Shown: one piece after another, positions 1-11,567 of the stretch
Layout: each line of letters begins with the position of its first letter
Numbering within the stretch: position 1 is the stretch's first letter
Origin: Eledone cirrhosa
Lineage: Eukaryota
Direction: 5' to 3'
Assembly (NCBI GenBank): GCA_964016885.1
Contig: OZ024765.1
Span: 21,080,001-21,144,000, forward strand
Length of the DNA: 64,000 bases
Notes under the pieces: generated by a model
The model's input: only the letters and a program-made list of their open reading frames with translations
Database searches by the model: none
Told to the model about the DNA's origin: nothing
Program-made: the position numbers and the translations under genes

Positions 1-1044
1 ACATACATACACACATACACACACACATACATACACATATACATACACACATACATATATACATATGCACACATACACATATATACACTTAGATACACAC
101 TAGGGAACCATACACATACACACATATACACATATATACATACATACACACATATACACATATATACATACTCACATATATACAGACACACACATACATA
201 CACACATATACACACACACACACATACACATATATACATACACACATGCATAACTACATACACACACACACACATATACATACACACACACACATACATA
301 TATACATATGCACACATACACATATATACACTTAGATACACACTAGGGAACCATACACATACACACATATACACATATATACATACACACATGCATAACT
401 ACATACACACACACACATATACATACACACATACACACATACATATATACATATGCACACATATACATATATACACTTAGATACACACTAGGGAACCATA
501 CACATACACACATATATACATACATACACACATATACACATATATACATACTCACATATATACAGACACACACATACATACACACATATACACACACACA
601 CATACACACATATACACATATATACATACTCACATATATACAGACACACACATACATACACACATATACACACACACACATACACACATATACACATATA
701 TACATACTCACATATATACAGACACACACATACATACACACATATACACACACACACATACACACATATACACATATATACATACTCACATATATACAGA
801 CACACACATACATACACACATATACACACACACACATACACACATATACACATATATACATACTCACATATATACAGACACACACATACATACACACATA
901 TACACACATATACACATATATACATACTCACATATATACAGACACACACATACACACATACACACACACACACATGCATACACACATATACACATATATA
1001 CATACGCACATGCATACATACATACACACATACATACACAAGCA
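1..1044. repeat. Compound (CA)/(TA)/(CATA) microsatellite with higher-order subrepeats
   Basis: Almost pure C/A/T dinucleotide mix; motif cacttagatacacactagggaaccatac recurs three times (~86, ~330, ~475). Confidence 0.95.
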
Positions 1045-1590
1045 TGCACAGTAGTGGAAATTAGCTGCACAGTAGTGGAAATTAACTGCCCAGCAGCTGC
1101 CAATATAATATCAAAGATTAGTGAAAAGGAGAATATTTATGCAGAACTGATGAGAAATCTGCAGATACACCACCCTGATTACACCTTCAGATTTATGCTG
1201 TGATTATTGGGGCACTGGGGTATGTTAGTAACTGCCTCAATACAAATCTTGTGAAGCTGGGCTTCACAGGAACAGAAAGAACACAACTAGTTAGGAAACT
1301 ACAAGTACAATCCATTAATGGAACAGTAAAAATATGTAAAACATTCCAAAAATTTTGCATCTAATAACTGCATATACACATGTACAGACACAAAGCATAT
1401 ACACATGCACACATACAACTCAAAACATACACATCCACACAATAACATCCATATCTACACATGTAGGCATGCATACATATCTACCTAGTTGATGTTGTGT
1501 AAATTCCAACGGGAGAGTCTTGTGTCTATGTTAGAAACCGACTCTCTCTCTATTGGGAACAAATTTGTGAAATTATAAAACCAGAAGAAC
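1045..1590 (+). mobile_element. 5'-truncated R4/Dong-like non-LTR retrotransposon remnant (restriction-like endonuclease C-terminus plus 3' UTR)
   Basis: Manual translation: CTVVEINCPAAANIISKISEKENIYAELMRNLQ..., one frameshift, then VIIGALGYV...LQVQSINGTVKICKTFQKFCI* (stop 1362-1364). This is the EK..Y..L / IIGALG pattern of R4/Dong RLE C-termini. A 21-bp duplication lies at the 5' truncation point; both flanks are (CATA)n. Confidence 0.7.
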
Positions 1591-1623
1591 ATACATACAT
1601 ATATATACACATATATACATACA

Positions 1624-1655
<32 letters not shown>

Positions 1656-1745
1656 CACATAGAGACATATATACACACATATACACATATACATACATAT
1701 ATTTACACCAATTGATTAATTGTTCAATCGATGTTTCTTGGAATA

Positions 1746-1802
<57 letters not shown>

Positions 1803-1927
1803 TACATATATATATACACACACATACATACATATATATATATACACACACACATACATATATATATATACACACACACATACATATATATATATACACA
1901 CACATACATATATATATACACACACAT

Positions 1928-2010
<83 letters not shown>

Positions 2011-2051
2011 TATATATATATATACACGCACATATATACATATATATATAT

Positions 2052-2098
<47 letters not shown>

Positions 2099-2099
2099 G

Positions 2100-2149
<50 letters not shown>

Positions 2150-2350
2150 GTATATATACACACACACACATATATGTATGTGTGTGTGTATTTGTGTATG
2201 TCTGTATATATATATATATGTATGTGTACGTGTGTGTGTGTATATATATATATACACATGTGTATGTTTGTGTGTATATATATATGTGTATGTGTATATA
2301 TATATATATACATATATATATATGTATGTATATGTGTGTGTCTATATAGA
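1591..2350. repeat. (TA)n/(CA)n/(TG)n microsatellite
   Basis: Direct inspection. Confidence 0.95.
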
Positions 2351-2399
2351 TACAGGAAATTATTGACTGCCCAAGTTCTAATTGAAAAAGTCTGTATTT

Positions 2400-4010
2400 C
2401 ACCACCACCAGCACTACCACCACCACCAACACACCACCACCACGACCAACACCACCACACCACCAACACCACACCACACCACCACCACACCACCAACACC
2501 ACACCACCACCAACACCACACCACCACCACCACCACCACCGACACCACACCATCATGACCACCACCAACACCACACCACCACCACACCACCAACACCACA
2601 CCACCACCAACACCACACCACCACCACACCACCAACACCACACCACCACCAACACCACACCACCACCACCACCACCACCGACACCACACCATCATGACCA
2701 CCACCAACACCACACCACCACCACACCACCAACACCACACCACCACCAACACCACACCACCACCACCACCGACACCACACCACCACCACACCACCAACAC
2801 CACACCACCACCACCACCACCACCGACACCACACCACCAACACCACACCACCACCACACCACCAACACCACACCACCACCAACACCACCACACCACCACC
2901 AACACCACACCACACCACCACACCACCAACACCACACCACCACCAACACCACACCACCACCACCACCACCACCGACACCACACCATCATGACCACCACCA
3001 ACACCACACCACCACCAACACCACCACACCACCACCACCAACACCACACCACACCACACCACCAACACCACACCACCACCAACACCACACCACCACCACC
3101 ACCACCACCACCACCAACACCACACCACCACCAACACCACACCACCACCAACACCACCACACCACCACCACCAACACCACACCACACCACCACCACACCA
3201 CCAACACCACACCACCACCAACACCACACCACCACCACCACCACCACCGACACCACACCATCATGACCACCACCAACACCACACCACCAACACCACACCA
3301 CCACCAACACCACACCACCACCACCACCAACACCACACCACCACCACACCACCAACACCACACCACCACCACCACCACCACCGACACCACACCATCATGA
3401 CCACCACCAACACCACACCACCACCAACACCACCACACCACCACCACCAACACCACACCACCACCACACCACCAACACCACACCACACCACCACCAACAC
3501 CACACCACCACCACCACCACCACCGACACCACACCATCATGACCACCACACCACCAACACCACACCACCACCAACACCACCACACCACCACCACCAACAC
3601 CACACCACACCACCACACCACCAACACCACACCACCACCAACACCACCACACCACCACCACCAACACCACCGACACCACACCATCATGACCACCACCAAC
3701 ACCACACCACCACCACACCACCACCACACCACCAACACCACACCACCACCAACACCACCACACCACCACCACCAACACCACACCACCACCACACCACCAA
3801 CACCACACCACACCACCACCACACCACCAACACCACACCACCACCAACACCACACCACCACCACCACCACCACCGACACCACACCACCACCACCACCACA
3901 CCACCAACACCACACCACCACCAACACCACACCACCACCACCACCAACACCACACCACCACCAACACCACTGCCACCACCACCACCACCACCACCACCAC
4001 CACACCACAC
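2400..4010. repeat. (CAC)n-derived low-complexity minisatellite
   Basis: cac/caa/accac units with recurring cgacaccacaccatcatgac motif. Confidence 0.95.
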
Positions 4011-4017
4011 AGTTCCC

Positions 4018-4545
4018 CACCCAGAGTGACCCCTAGTGAGTGAGACAGTCCCGTATTTCACTGTCCCCTACATTGGCCCCTCTTCTCTACCTCTACCACC
4101 CAGAGTGACCCCTAGTGAGGGAGACAGTCCCGTATTTCACTCTCCCCTACATTGGCCCCTCTTCTCTACCTCTACCACCCAGAGTGACCCCTAGTGAGGG
4201 AGACAGTCCCGTATTTCACTCTCCCCTACATTGGCCCCTCTTCTCTACCTCTACCACCCAGAGTGACCCCTAGTGAGGGAGACAGTCCCGTATTTCACTC
4301 TCCCCTACATTGGCCCCTCTTCTCTACCTCTACCACCCAGAGTGACCCCTAGTGAGGGAGACAGTCCCATATTTCATTTCCCCTACATTGGCCCATCTTC
4401 TCTACCTCTACCACCCAGAGTGACCCCTAGTGAGGGAGACAGTCCCGTATTTCACTCTCCCCTACATTGGCCCATCTTCTCTACCTCTACCACCCAGAGT
4501 GACCCCTAGTGAGGGAGACAGTCCCGTATTTCACTGTCCCCTACT
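4018..4545. repeat. 79-bp tandem minisatellite, ~6.7 copies, just upstream of a splice acceptor
   Basis: ccagagtgacccctagtgagggagacagtcccgtatttcac... starts at 4021, 4100, 4179 etc. Confidence 0.95.
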
Positions 4546-4573
4546 CTGAGACCTCTTCTCTTCTGTTTTACAG

Positions 4574-4667
4574 TTCAGAAATGTGGAAAGCAGACAAACT
4601 GGCCATCACTGGGGAACTGAAGAGGAAGATGGGTATTGTGAAGAAAGCACAAGATGACGCTCATAAG
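4574..4667 (+). CDS. Internal (penultimate) coding exon of an unidentified host gene: SEMWKADKLAITGELKRKMGIVKKAQDDAHK
   Basis: Polypyrimidine tract + cag acceptor (ttctgttttacag, ends 4573), open frame, AAG|gtatca donor at 4668. Unique sequence among repeats; phase 0 matches the next exon. Confidence 0.7.
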
Positions 4668-4669
4668 GT

Positions 4670-5070
4670 ATCATCATCATCATCATCATCACCGTTTTAC
4701 GTCTGTTCTTCCATGCTAGCATGGGTTAGACGGGTTGTCCTGTTGTGGGCAGTGTCTGGTCGGCTGACCTTGTCTTGCTCATACAGGAACTGATTCTGGC
4801 TTGATTTCTACAGCTGGATGCCCTTCCTAACACCAACCTCATTTACAGTGAGTGCTGGGTGCTTCTTTGCCGTGGCACCTCCACGACCACTTTGCAGTGG
4901 AATGATAGGGACCCCAGTCCCTATCATCTCATTTCTACAGCTGAGTAAACTGGAGCAATGTGAAATAAAGTGTCTTGCTCAAGGAAACAACACATCACCC
5001 GGTCTGAGAATTGAACTCAACTTTTCGATTGCAAGCCCAACCAATGCTCTAACCACTAAGCCATGCTCCT
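4670..5070 (-). mobile_element. tRNA-derived CORE-SINE (family A) with RTE-type 3' tail and (ATG)n end
   Basis: Minus strand has A box tggcttagtgg, B box gagttcaattc and a CORE-like ccttgagcaagacact...cagtttactcagctgtagaaatgagatgata segment. Tail matches the 3' UTR of the RTE at 49154-49451. Confidence 0.85.
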
Positions 5071-5074
5071 CCAT

Positions 5075-5107
<33 letters not shown>

Positions 5108-5755
5108 AACAAATATGACCCCGACGGTAGAGCTCAAGCCATTTCGATGGCTAATTCTGGACTAAATAAGAATTTTTAGCCTGGTAAATAAATGGCCAAA
5201 CTTCTCACGGGCTAATTCCTTATATGGGAAGATAGTAATTGTCAAAAGGATTGGTCAAAAAAGCGTTGAAAGTGAAATCTATACAGCAGATTCTAAGGAT
5301 AGTGTATTGAAGGTCGAAAAAAGTGTACTGGAAAAGGGGAGATGGGGGAGAGGGGGGGGGGGTTGAAAAAATAGGTACATGGAAAGGGAGTAAACAAAAA
5401 AGCCATTATAAAAATGAGGAAGTAAATATATAAAAAAATATAAAAAAACAATTTCTGGCTACTACTCCATCCCCCCAGTCACCAAACCCCTCATTGGTAT
5501 TGCTAAACTATAGAAAAGTTTAATAGGTGGAGAGAAATACTAGATATGAGATTGTAGTGAAAGAATTTTATAAAGCCGGCTCTTCAGGGGGGGGGGGGGG
5601 GTCTAACACCACTGCTATAGTTAGTAGTAATCAGCCAATGCTATCTTACAATGACAGTTTATTAACCTGTCATTGTAAGACAGCATTGTAACGACTTCTA
5701 TATATATATAGTGACAAAACATAAGTCAATTGCATGAACTCATAATCCTTTATTT

Positions 5756-5811
5756 ACTGCTATATATATTTCGATGATAGCCATTGAATGGCTATGACCT
5801 CATCAGGCAGT
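5756..5811 (-). ncRNA. Minimal type I hammerhead ribozyme (Penelope pLTR-like)
   Basis: Reverse complement reads actgc-CTGATGA-ggtcatagcca(ttcaa)tggctatcatc-GAAA-tatata-TA/gcagt. Stem I actgc:gcagt, paired stem II, palindromic stem III, intact core. Confidence 0.8.
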
Positions 5812-5870
5812 TAATCAGTTCTTAGATATGCCAGCTCTGTGTTTATAGTGTTTATGGTATCAGAGCCTTG

Positions 5871-5913
<43 letters not shown>

Positions 5914-6171
5914 GAATAATTTAGTGAAAAATGGTGCCCAGGAACAAATTAATATCTTGAAGCAAGATTCCACTGTAACTGTCATGAAATAATTAATAGT
6001 TTTAGTAAATCTTTCAAAATTTGTCATTAATTAATTGCAATACAAGATACAAGGTTCCTATTTAAAGTAAAATCTTGCAAGATAATTACATATAAGAACC
6101 TTACATTAAGTTAATGTCTTTGTAATGAAATAATTAATAATTTTAGTAAATTTGTCACTGGTTTGTTTGTA

Positions 6172-6202
<31 letters not shown>

Positions 6203-6257
6203 TATATATACACATACACATATACACGCACATATATATACACACACACATATATAT

Positions 6258-6866
6258 CATCATCATCATCATCATCATCATTTTACGTCCGCTTTTCCCT
6301 GCTTGCAAGGGTGGGACGGGAACTGATTCTGGCTTGATTTCTACAGCTGGATGCCCTTCCTAACACCAACCTCATTTACAGTGAGTGCTGGCTGCTTTTT
6401 TGCCGTGGCATCTCCACGACCACTTTGCAGTGGGAGGGGGTGGGGGCATATTGTCTATATGCTTCAGCTTCGGCTTGTACCCGTGGGGGAGGGGGGGTCT
6501 TCTGTATTACTGCGTGACGCCAGAGGTGACGGTTGTGTGTCATCGCCTTTGAGCGGTACAACTGGGTAAGGTCGGCTTTTATCACCTCATCCCAGGTCTT
6601 CTTGGGTCTCCCCACTCCACATCACATGTCCAAACCAACACAACCGCCTCTCCTGCACTTAGCATTTGATTCCTCTTATGCTCAGTCTCTCTCTCAATTC
6701 GTTTATACTTTGCCGTTCACGTATATTACTATTACATATCCATCTGAGCATGCAGGCTTCGTTTCTTTCTAATCTACGCAAGTCTTCCACAGACAGCGCA
6801 CAGGTCTCACTACCATGTAACATTGTTGTTCGTATGCACGCATCATACAGTCTGCCTTTCATTTTG
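6258..6866 (-). mobile_element. 5'-truncated RTE LINE fragment (short-tail variant)
   Basis: Encodes KMKGRLYDACIRTTMLHGSETCAL... and [15 protein letters not shown]..., nearly identical to the RTE at 47771-49153; ends in (ATG)n. Confidence 0.9.
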
Positions 6867-6954
6867 ATATATCTATATATATGTGTGTATATATATATAT
6901 ATATATACACACATATATATATATACACACACACACATACACATATATATATAT

Positions 6955-6985
<31 letters not shown>

Positions 6986-7014
6986 CACACACACACATAC
7001 ACATATATATATAT

Positions 7015-7045
<31 letters not shown>

Positions 7046-7088
7046 CACACACACACATACACACATATATATATACACACACACACAC

Positions 7089-7137
<49 letters not shown>

Positions 7138-7319
7138 ATTGCAATACAAGATACACGGTTACTATTTAAACTAAAATCTTCCAACCTAATTATATATAAG
7201 AACCATGTATAATAATTTTAGTAAATCTCGCAAAATTCTTTGTCAATTAATTGCAACAAATGTCATTGTTTGGAAATACTTTAAAAGAGATGTCATTTTT
7301 ATCTGTGGTTTTGTTTCAG

Positions 7320-7418
7320 GCATTCACCATCTGTAAAGTACACCTCGAGCACCTCATTGAAAGAGAAGAAACTTTGAACAAGAGATTTTCTCAAATAAAT
7401 TACAAATACCGAACGTAA
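7320..7418 (+). CDS. Terminal coding exon of the same host gene: AFTICKVHLEHLIEREETLNKRFSQINYKYRT*
   Basis: ttttgtttcag acceptor (ends 7319), phase 0 open frame to TAA 7416-7418, AATAAA at 7422-7427. Confidence 0.7.
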   Translation, partial: AFTICKVHLEHLIEREETLNKRFSQINYKYRT

Positions 7419-7514
7419 TACAATAAATACAATAATTGGAATGCAGTCTTTTGTCTGTGTGAGACACACAAACAGTAGGCTCTATCATATATATATATAT
7501 ATATCACAATATTT

Positions 7515-7552
<38 letters not shown>

Positions 7553-7723
7553 ACATACATATATATATATATGTATATATGTATGTATATGGATGAACTG
7601 GATCCAATCATCAGCCAAAACACACGTAACAGGGCAATAGACAATAAAAATCTATATACATGTAAACGAAACTTCATCGTATTTTATATATATGTGTGTG
7701 TGTGTGTGAGTGTATGTATACAT

Positions 7724-8222
7724 ATAATAATAATGAAATTATTGTGTACAGTGCTCAGGTGCACTACAACTCATCAAAGGTGCATGTATAGTACATAGAA
7801 TAATGTACAAATGTCAGGAAAATGAACAGTGTATGAGTCATGATATAATAATAATAATAATAATAATGAAATTATTGTGTACAGTGCTCAGGTGCACTAC
7901 AACTCATCAAAGGTGCATGTATAGTACATAGAATAATGAACAAATGTCAGGAAAATGAACAGTGTATGAGTCATGATATAATAATAATAATAATAATGAA
8001 ATTATTGTGTACAGTGCTCAGGTGCACTACAACTCATCAAAGGTGCATGTATAGTACATAGAATAATGTACAAATGTCAGGAAAATGAACAGTGTATGAG
8101 TCATGATATAATAATAATAATAATAATGAAATATTGTGAACAGTGCCCAGGTGCACCACAACTCATCAAAAAAGTGCATGTACAGTACATAGGGCAATGC
8201 ACAAACATCAGTAAAATGTATA
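7724..8222 (-). repeat. ~130-bp tandem repeat (~3.8 copies) resembling a retroposon 3' end with (ATT)n tail
   Basis: Unit ataataatgaaattattgtgtacagtgctcaggtgcactacaactc...; on the minus strand each unit ends caataatttcattattatt. Confidence 0.75.
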
Positions 8223-8726
8223 TGTGTATGCTTATATACATCATTATCATCGTTTAATGTCCATCTTCCATGCTAGCATACATGTGTGTGTATGTGTATA
8301 CATGTATATGTCTTTATGTATATATCTATGTGTGTGTATGTGTGTGTGTGTGTGTGCATATATATATATTTATGTGTGTGTGTGTGTATACAACTGTATA
8401 TATGTATATATGTGTGTGTGCATGTATATGTGTGTGTGCATACATATCTATATATATATATATGTGCATGCGTGTATACATGTGTATGTATGTATGTATA
8501 TATGTATGTATATATGTATATATATGTCTGTATGTATATGTATATATCTATATAGATATACATATATATATATTTCATCATCATCATCATCATTTCATTT
8601 TACGTCCGCTTATATATACACTCCCATATATATATATATATACACACACATATATATATATATATACACACACATACACATATATATACACACATATATA
8701 TATATTCATACACATATATATATATG

Positions 8727-8760
<34 letters not shown>

Positions 8761-8771
8761 CACACACATAC

Positions 8772-8820
<49 letters not shown>

Positions 8821-8837
8821 CACGCACACACACACAC

Positions 8838-8870
<33 letters not shown>

Positions 8871-9141
8871 TATATATATACACACACATATATACACACA
8901 CACACACACAGGTATGTATTGATATCTTTTATCTCATAGCTTTAAGGTGAGTTATTAATGTTCTGAAGTAACAACAACAACAATACACAGTACATTATAA
9001 TGGATTGTTGTTGTTGTTGTTGTTACTGTTGTTGTTGTTTTTACTGTTGTTGTTACTGTTGTTGTTGTTGTTGATTCTGTTTGTCTCCATTCTTATGGGA
9101 TATCACACAACCACATATGTGCATATATATATATCATCATC

Positions 9142-9181
<40 letters not shown>

Positions 9182-9248
9182 ATGCATATATATGCATGTA
9201 TATATCTATATCTATATATATTTATATATAGATATTTGTGTGTGTGTG

Positions 9249-9309
<61 letters not shown>

Positions 9310-9372
9310 ATGCATATATATGCATGTATATATCTATATATATATTTATATATAGATATTTGTGTGTGTGTG

Positions 9373-9414
<42 letters not shown>

Positions 9415-9422
<8 letters not shown>

Positions 9423-9528
9423 ATATATAAGAACAAAAGATGGTTAAAAGAGTTCCATGTATTTTATTATGCGCATTAAAATACATGGAACTCTTTTAAC
9501 CATCTTTTGATCTTATATATTATGTATA
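9415..9528. repeat. Fold-back palindrome centred on tgcgca (hammerhead stem III of the 9867-9935 family)
   Basis: aagaacaaaagatggttaaaagagttccatgtatttta / taaaatacatggaactcttttaaccatcttttgatctt. Confidence 0.9.
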
Positions 9529-9607
9529 CTCCAGTCCTACAAACTGTAGAGTGCTTCTTATCCGATATCTGCATTGCTTTATTGTACTACAATAAAACTT
9601 ACCTCCT

Positions 9608-9635
<28 letters not shown>

Positions 9636-9638
<3 letters not shown>

Positions 9639-9820
9639 TGTTTCTACTTTTGGCACAAGGCCAGCAATTACCCAGTACATTACTGGTACTTTATTTTATC
9701 GACCCTGTAAGGATGAAAGGCAAAGTTAACCTCGGCGGGATTTGAACTCAGTAAAGGGACGTAACTGTGCTGCAAAGCATGGCGTCTGACCCTCTATCCA
9801 TACTGCCAATCCACCGCCTT
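9636..9820 (-). mobile_element. tRNA-derived SINE family B (full length)
   Basis: Head ggcggtggattggcagt, B box gagttcaaatcc, conserved tttgcctttcatcc..ggtcgataaaataaagtaccag body, aaacaatt tail; at least 6 copies in the window. Confidence 0.85.
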
Positions 9821-9866
9821 ATATATATATAATGTAAGATCAAAAGATGGTAAAAGAGTTCCAACT

Positions 9867-9935
9867 ATTTTATTATGCGCATTTCAAAAACAAATATCAT
9901 CATAGTATGATATCTGCGTTCTCACCAGATAAAAT
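9867..9935 (-). ncRNA. Minimal hammerhead ribozyme with one core substitution (CTGGTGA)
   Basis: Reverse complement reads attttat-CTGGTGA-gaacgcagatatcat(actatg)atgatatttgttttt-GAAA-tgcgca-TA/ataaaat. 7-bp stem I, palindromic stem III. Confidence 0.7.
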
Positions 9936-10013
9936 AGGGAGACATGATATGAAGCTTGTGAGCAGTGAAGTTTTAAATCAACGTATTGTGCTACAATAAA
10001 ACTCACCTCCTAC

Positions 10014-10080
<67 letters not shown>

Positions 10081-10160
10081 ATATATATATGTCTCTGTAT
10101 ATATATATATAAATATACAATATATTAACAAATGGAAACTATATTTATAAAACCATATTT

Positions 10161-10224
10161 ATTTTATTATACATATTTCAAGGGCCACCAAGGTAAATTA
10201 TGGTGCGCTTTCATCAGATAAAAT
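10161..10224 (-). ncRNA. Minimal hammerhead ribozyme (left arm of palindrome)
   Basis: Reverse complement reads attttat-CTGATGA-aagcgcacc...ggtggccctt-GAAA-tatgta-TA/ataaaat. Confidence 0.75.
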
Positions 10225-10362
10225 ACAGATTTGTTTTATAAATAAATATTGACATACCTGGAAAAAAGACAACCTTAACAGTTGGAGCTATCTAGGAAGC
10301 TCCAACCGTTAAGGTTGTCTTTTTTCCGGGTATGTCAATATTTATTTATAAAACAAATCTGT

Positions 10363-10426
10363 ATTTTATCTGATGAAAGCACACCATAATTTGCCTTGGT
10401 GGCCCTTGAAATATGTATAATAAAAT
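10363..10426 (+). ncRNA. Minimal hammerhead ribozyme (right arm of palindrome)
   Basis: attttat-CTGATGA(10370-76)-aagcacacc...ggtggccctt-GAAA(10408-11)-tatgta-TA/ataaaat; predicted cleavage after 10419. Confidence 0.75.
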
Positions 10427-10648
10427 AAATATGGTTTTATAAATATAGTTTCCATTTGTCAATATATTGTATATTTACTCCACTATACTGTTGAGTGCTT
10501 TATATCAGTTATAACATTTTTTAAGCTTGTTGAATCCCAACAAATTAAATATAACCTCTGCATATATATATATATACAAATAAAGATTCAGCGAGAATCG
10601 CATTTTCGGCGGGCAGGAAAAGCAAAGCGAAACGCATATATATATATT

Positions 10649-11078
10649 AGAATTGGTGCTCTGAAATAGCTATATATATATGAATGTATATACAGTGTAT
10701 TTTTCAATACACTATATGCTTAATTAAAAGCATTTCGAAGACCTTACGCTATTGATTTAGAGTAGTGACAGTCTCACTTACTTTAAATTTTCAGCAAACA
10801 GGGGAGACAAAGCTGACAGAGCTCTGTTTCGTACTGATTGGTATTTATCAAAGCCTGTTTGCTGAAAACCATGAATGTTTGATTCTTATAGAATTCTAGT
10901 AATAATCAGGAACTGATTATACAGAGCGGTTGCTAGTCAAGCAGAAATTGAAAATCAGAATTCGCGCTCTGAAATAGCTATATATATATGAATGTATATA
11001 CAGTGTATTTTGCAATACACTATGCTTAATTAAAAGCATTTCGAAGACCTTACGCTATTGTTTTAGAGTAGTGACTGT
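10649..11078 (+). mobile_element. Unclassified interspersed repeat with ~120-bp direct terminal repeats (pLTR-like arrangement)
   Basis: gctctgaaatagctata...gaccttacgctattg..agagtagtgac at ~10649-10770 and ~10958-11075. Related copies at ~29850-30045, ~32040-32520 and ~44940-45040 (-). Confidence 0.5.
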
Positions 11079-11155
11079 CTAAAATGTGTGTGTATATATA
11101 TATATGTGTGTGTGTGTATATATATATATATATAATATTCCTAAACTTATATATA

Positions 11156-11456
11156 CATCATCATCATCATCATTTCATTTTACGTCCGCTTTTTCCCTGC
11201 TTGCAAGGGTGGGACGGGAACTGATTCTGGCTTGATTTCTACAGCTGGATGCCCTTCCTAACACCAACCTCATTTACAGTGAGTGCTGGATGCTTTTTTG
11301 CCGTGGCACCTCCACGACCACTTTGCAGTGGAATGATAGGGACCACAGTCCCTGTCATCTCATTTCTACAGCTGAGTAAACTGGAGCAATGTGAAATAAA
11401 GTGTCTTGCTCAAGGAAACAACACATCACCCGGTCTGAGAATTGAACTCACAACCT
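11156..11456 (-). mobile_element. CORE-SINE family A, 5'-truncated, short-tail variant
   Basis: Aligns with 31335-31659; A box missing. Confidence 0.85.
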
Positions 11457-11567
11457 TTATATATACACACACACACACATATACAAAAGTTCAATTTAAA
11501 TTGTTGGGATACAACAAGCAAATATTATTATAACTGATATAAAGCACTCGACAAATATTTGGAGTAG

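Larger units (their letters stand above)
10110..10477. repeat. ~368-bp near-perfect palindrome of a Penelope pLTR-like element
   Basis: ~180-bp arms with few mismatches, centre ~10293 (agctatctaggaagct). Related sequence at 11520-11740 and ~31000-31050. Confidence 0.9.

Noticed and set aside
2356-2394. Possible small upstream exon ([11 protein letters not shown]) after tacag
   Set aside because: Weak acceptor, and the candidate donors are phase-incompatible with the exon at 4574; not supportable from sequence alone.
4030-4060. CTAGTGA-ggga(gacag)tccc-GTAT in the 79-bp unit resembling a hammerhead core
   Set aside because: Both core segments deviate at several invariant positions and stems I and III are absent.
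343-4061. Long ORFs ([16 protein letters not shown] rich), also at 8.2-9.4, 12.4-14.4, 45.7-46.2 and 58.8-59.9 kb
   Set aside because: Stop-free microsatellite translations, open in several frames and on both strands.
4990-5070. SINE heads as tRNA genes
   Set aside because: A and B boxes present but no full cloverleaf, and fused to SINE bodies in multiple copies.
5103-5220. Hammerhead in the 5103/31859 family (GAAAcggc/GAAAtggc)
   Set aside because: No recognisable CUGANGA with matching stem I; kept only as a palindromic repeat.
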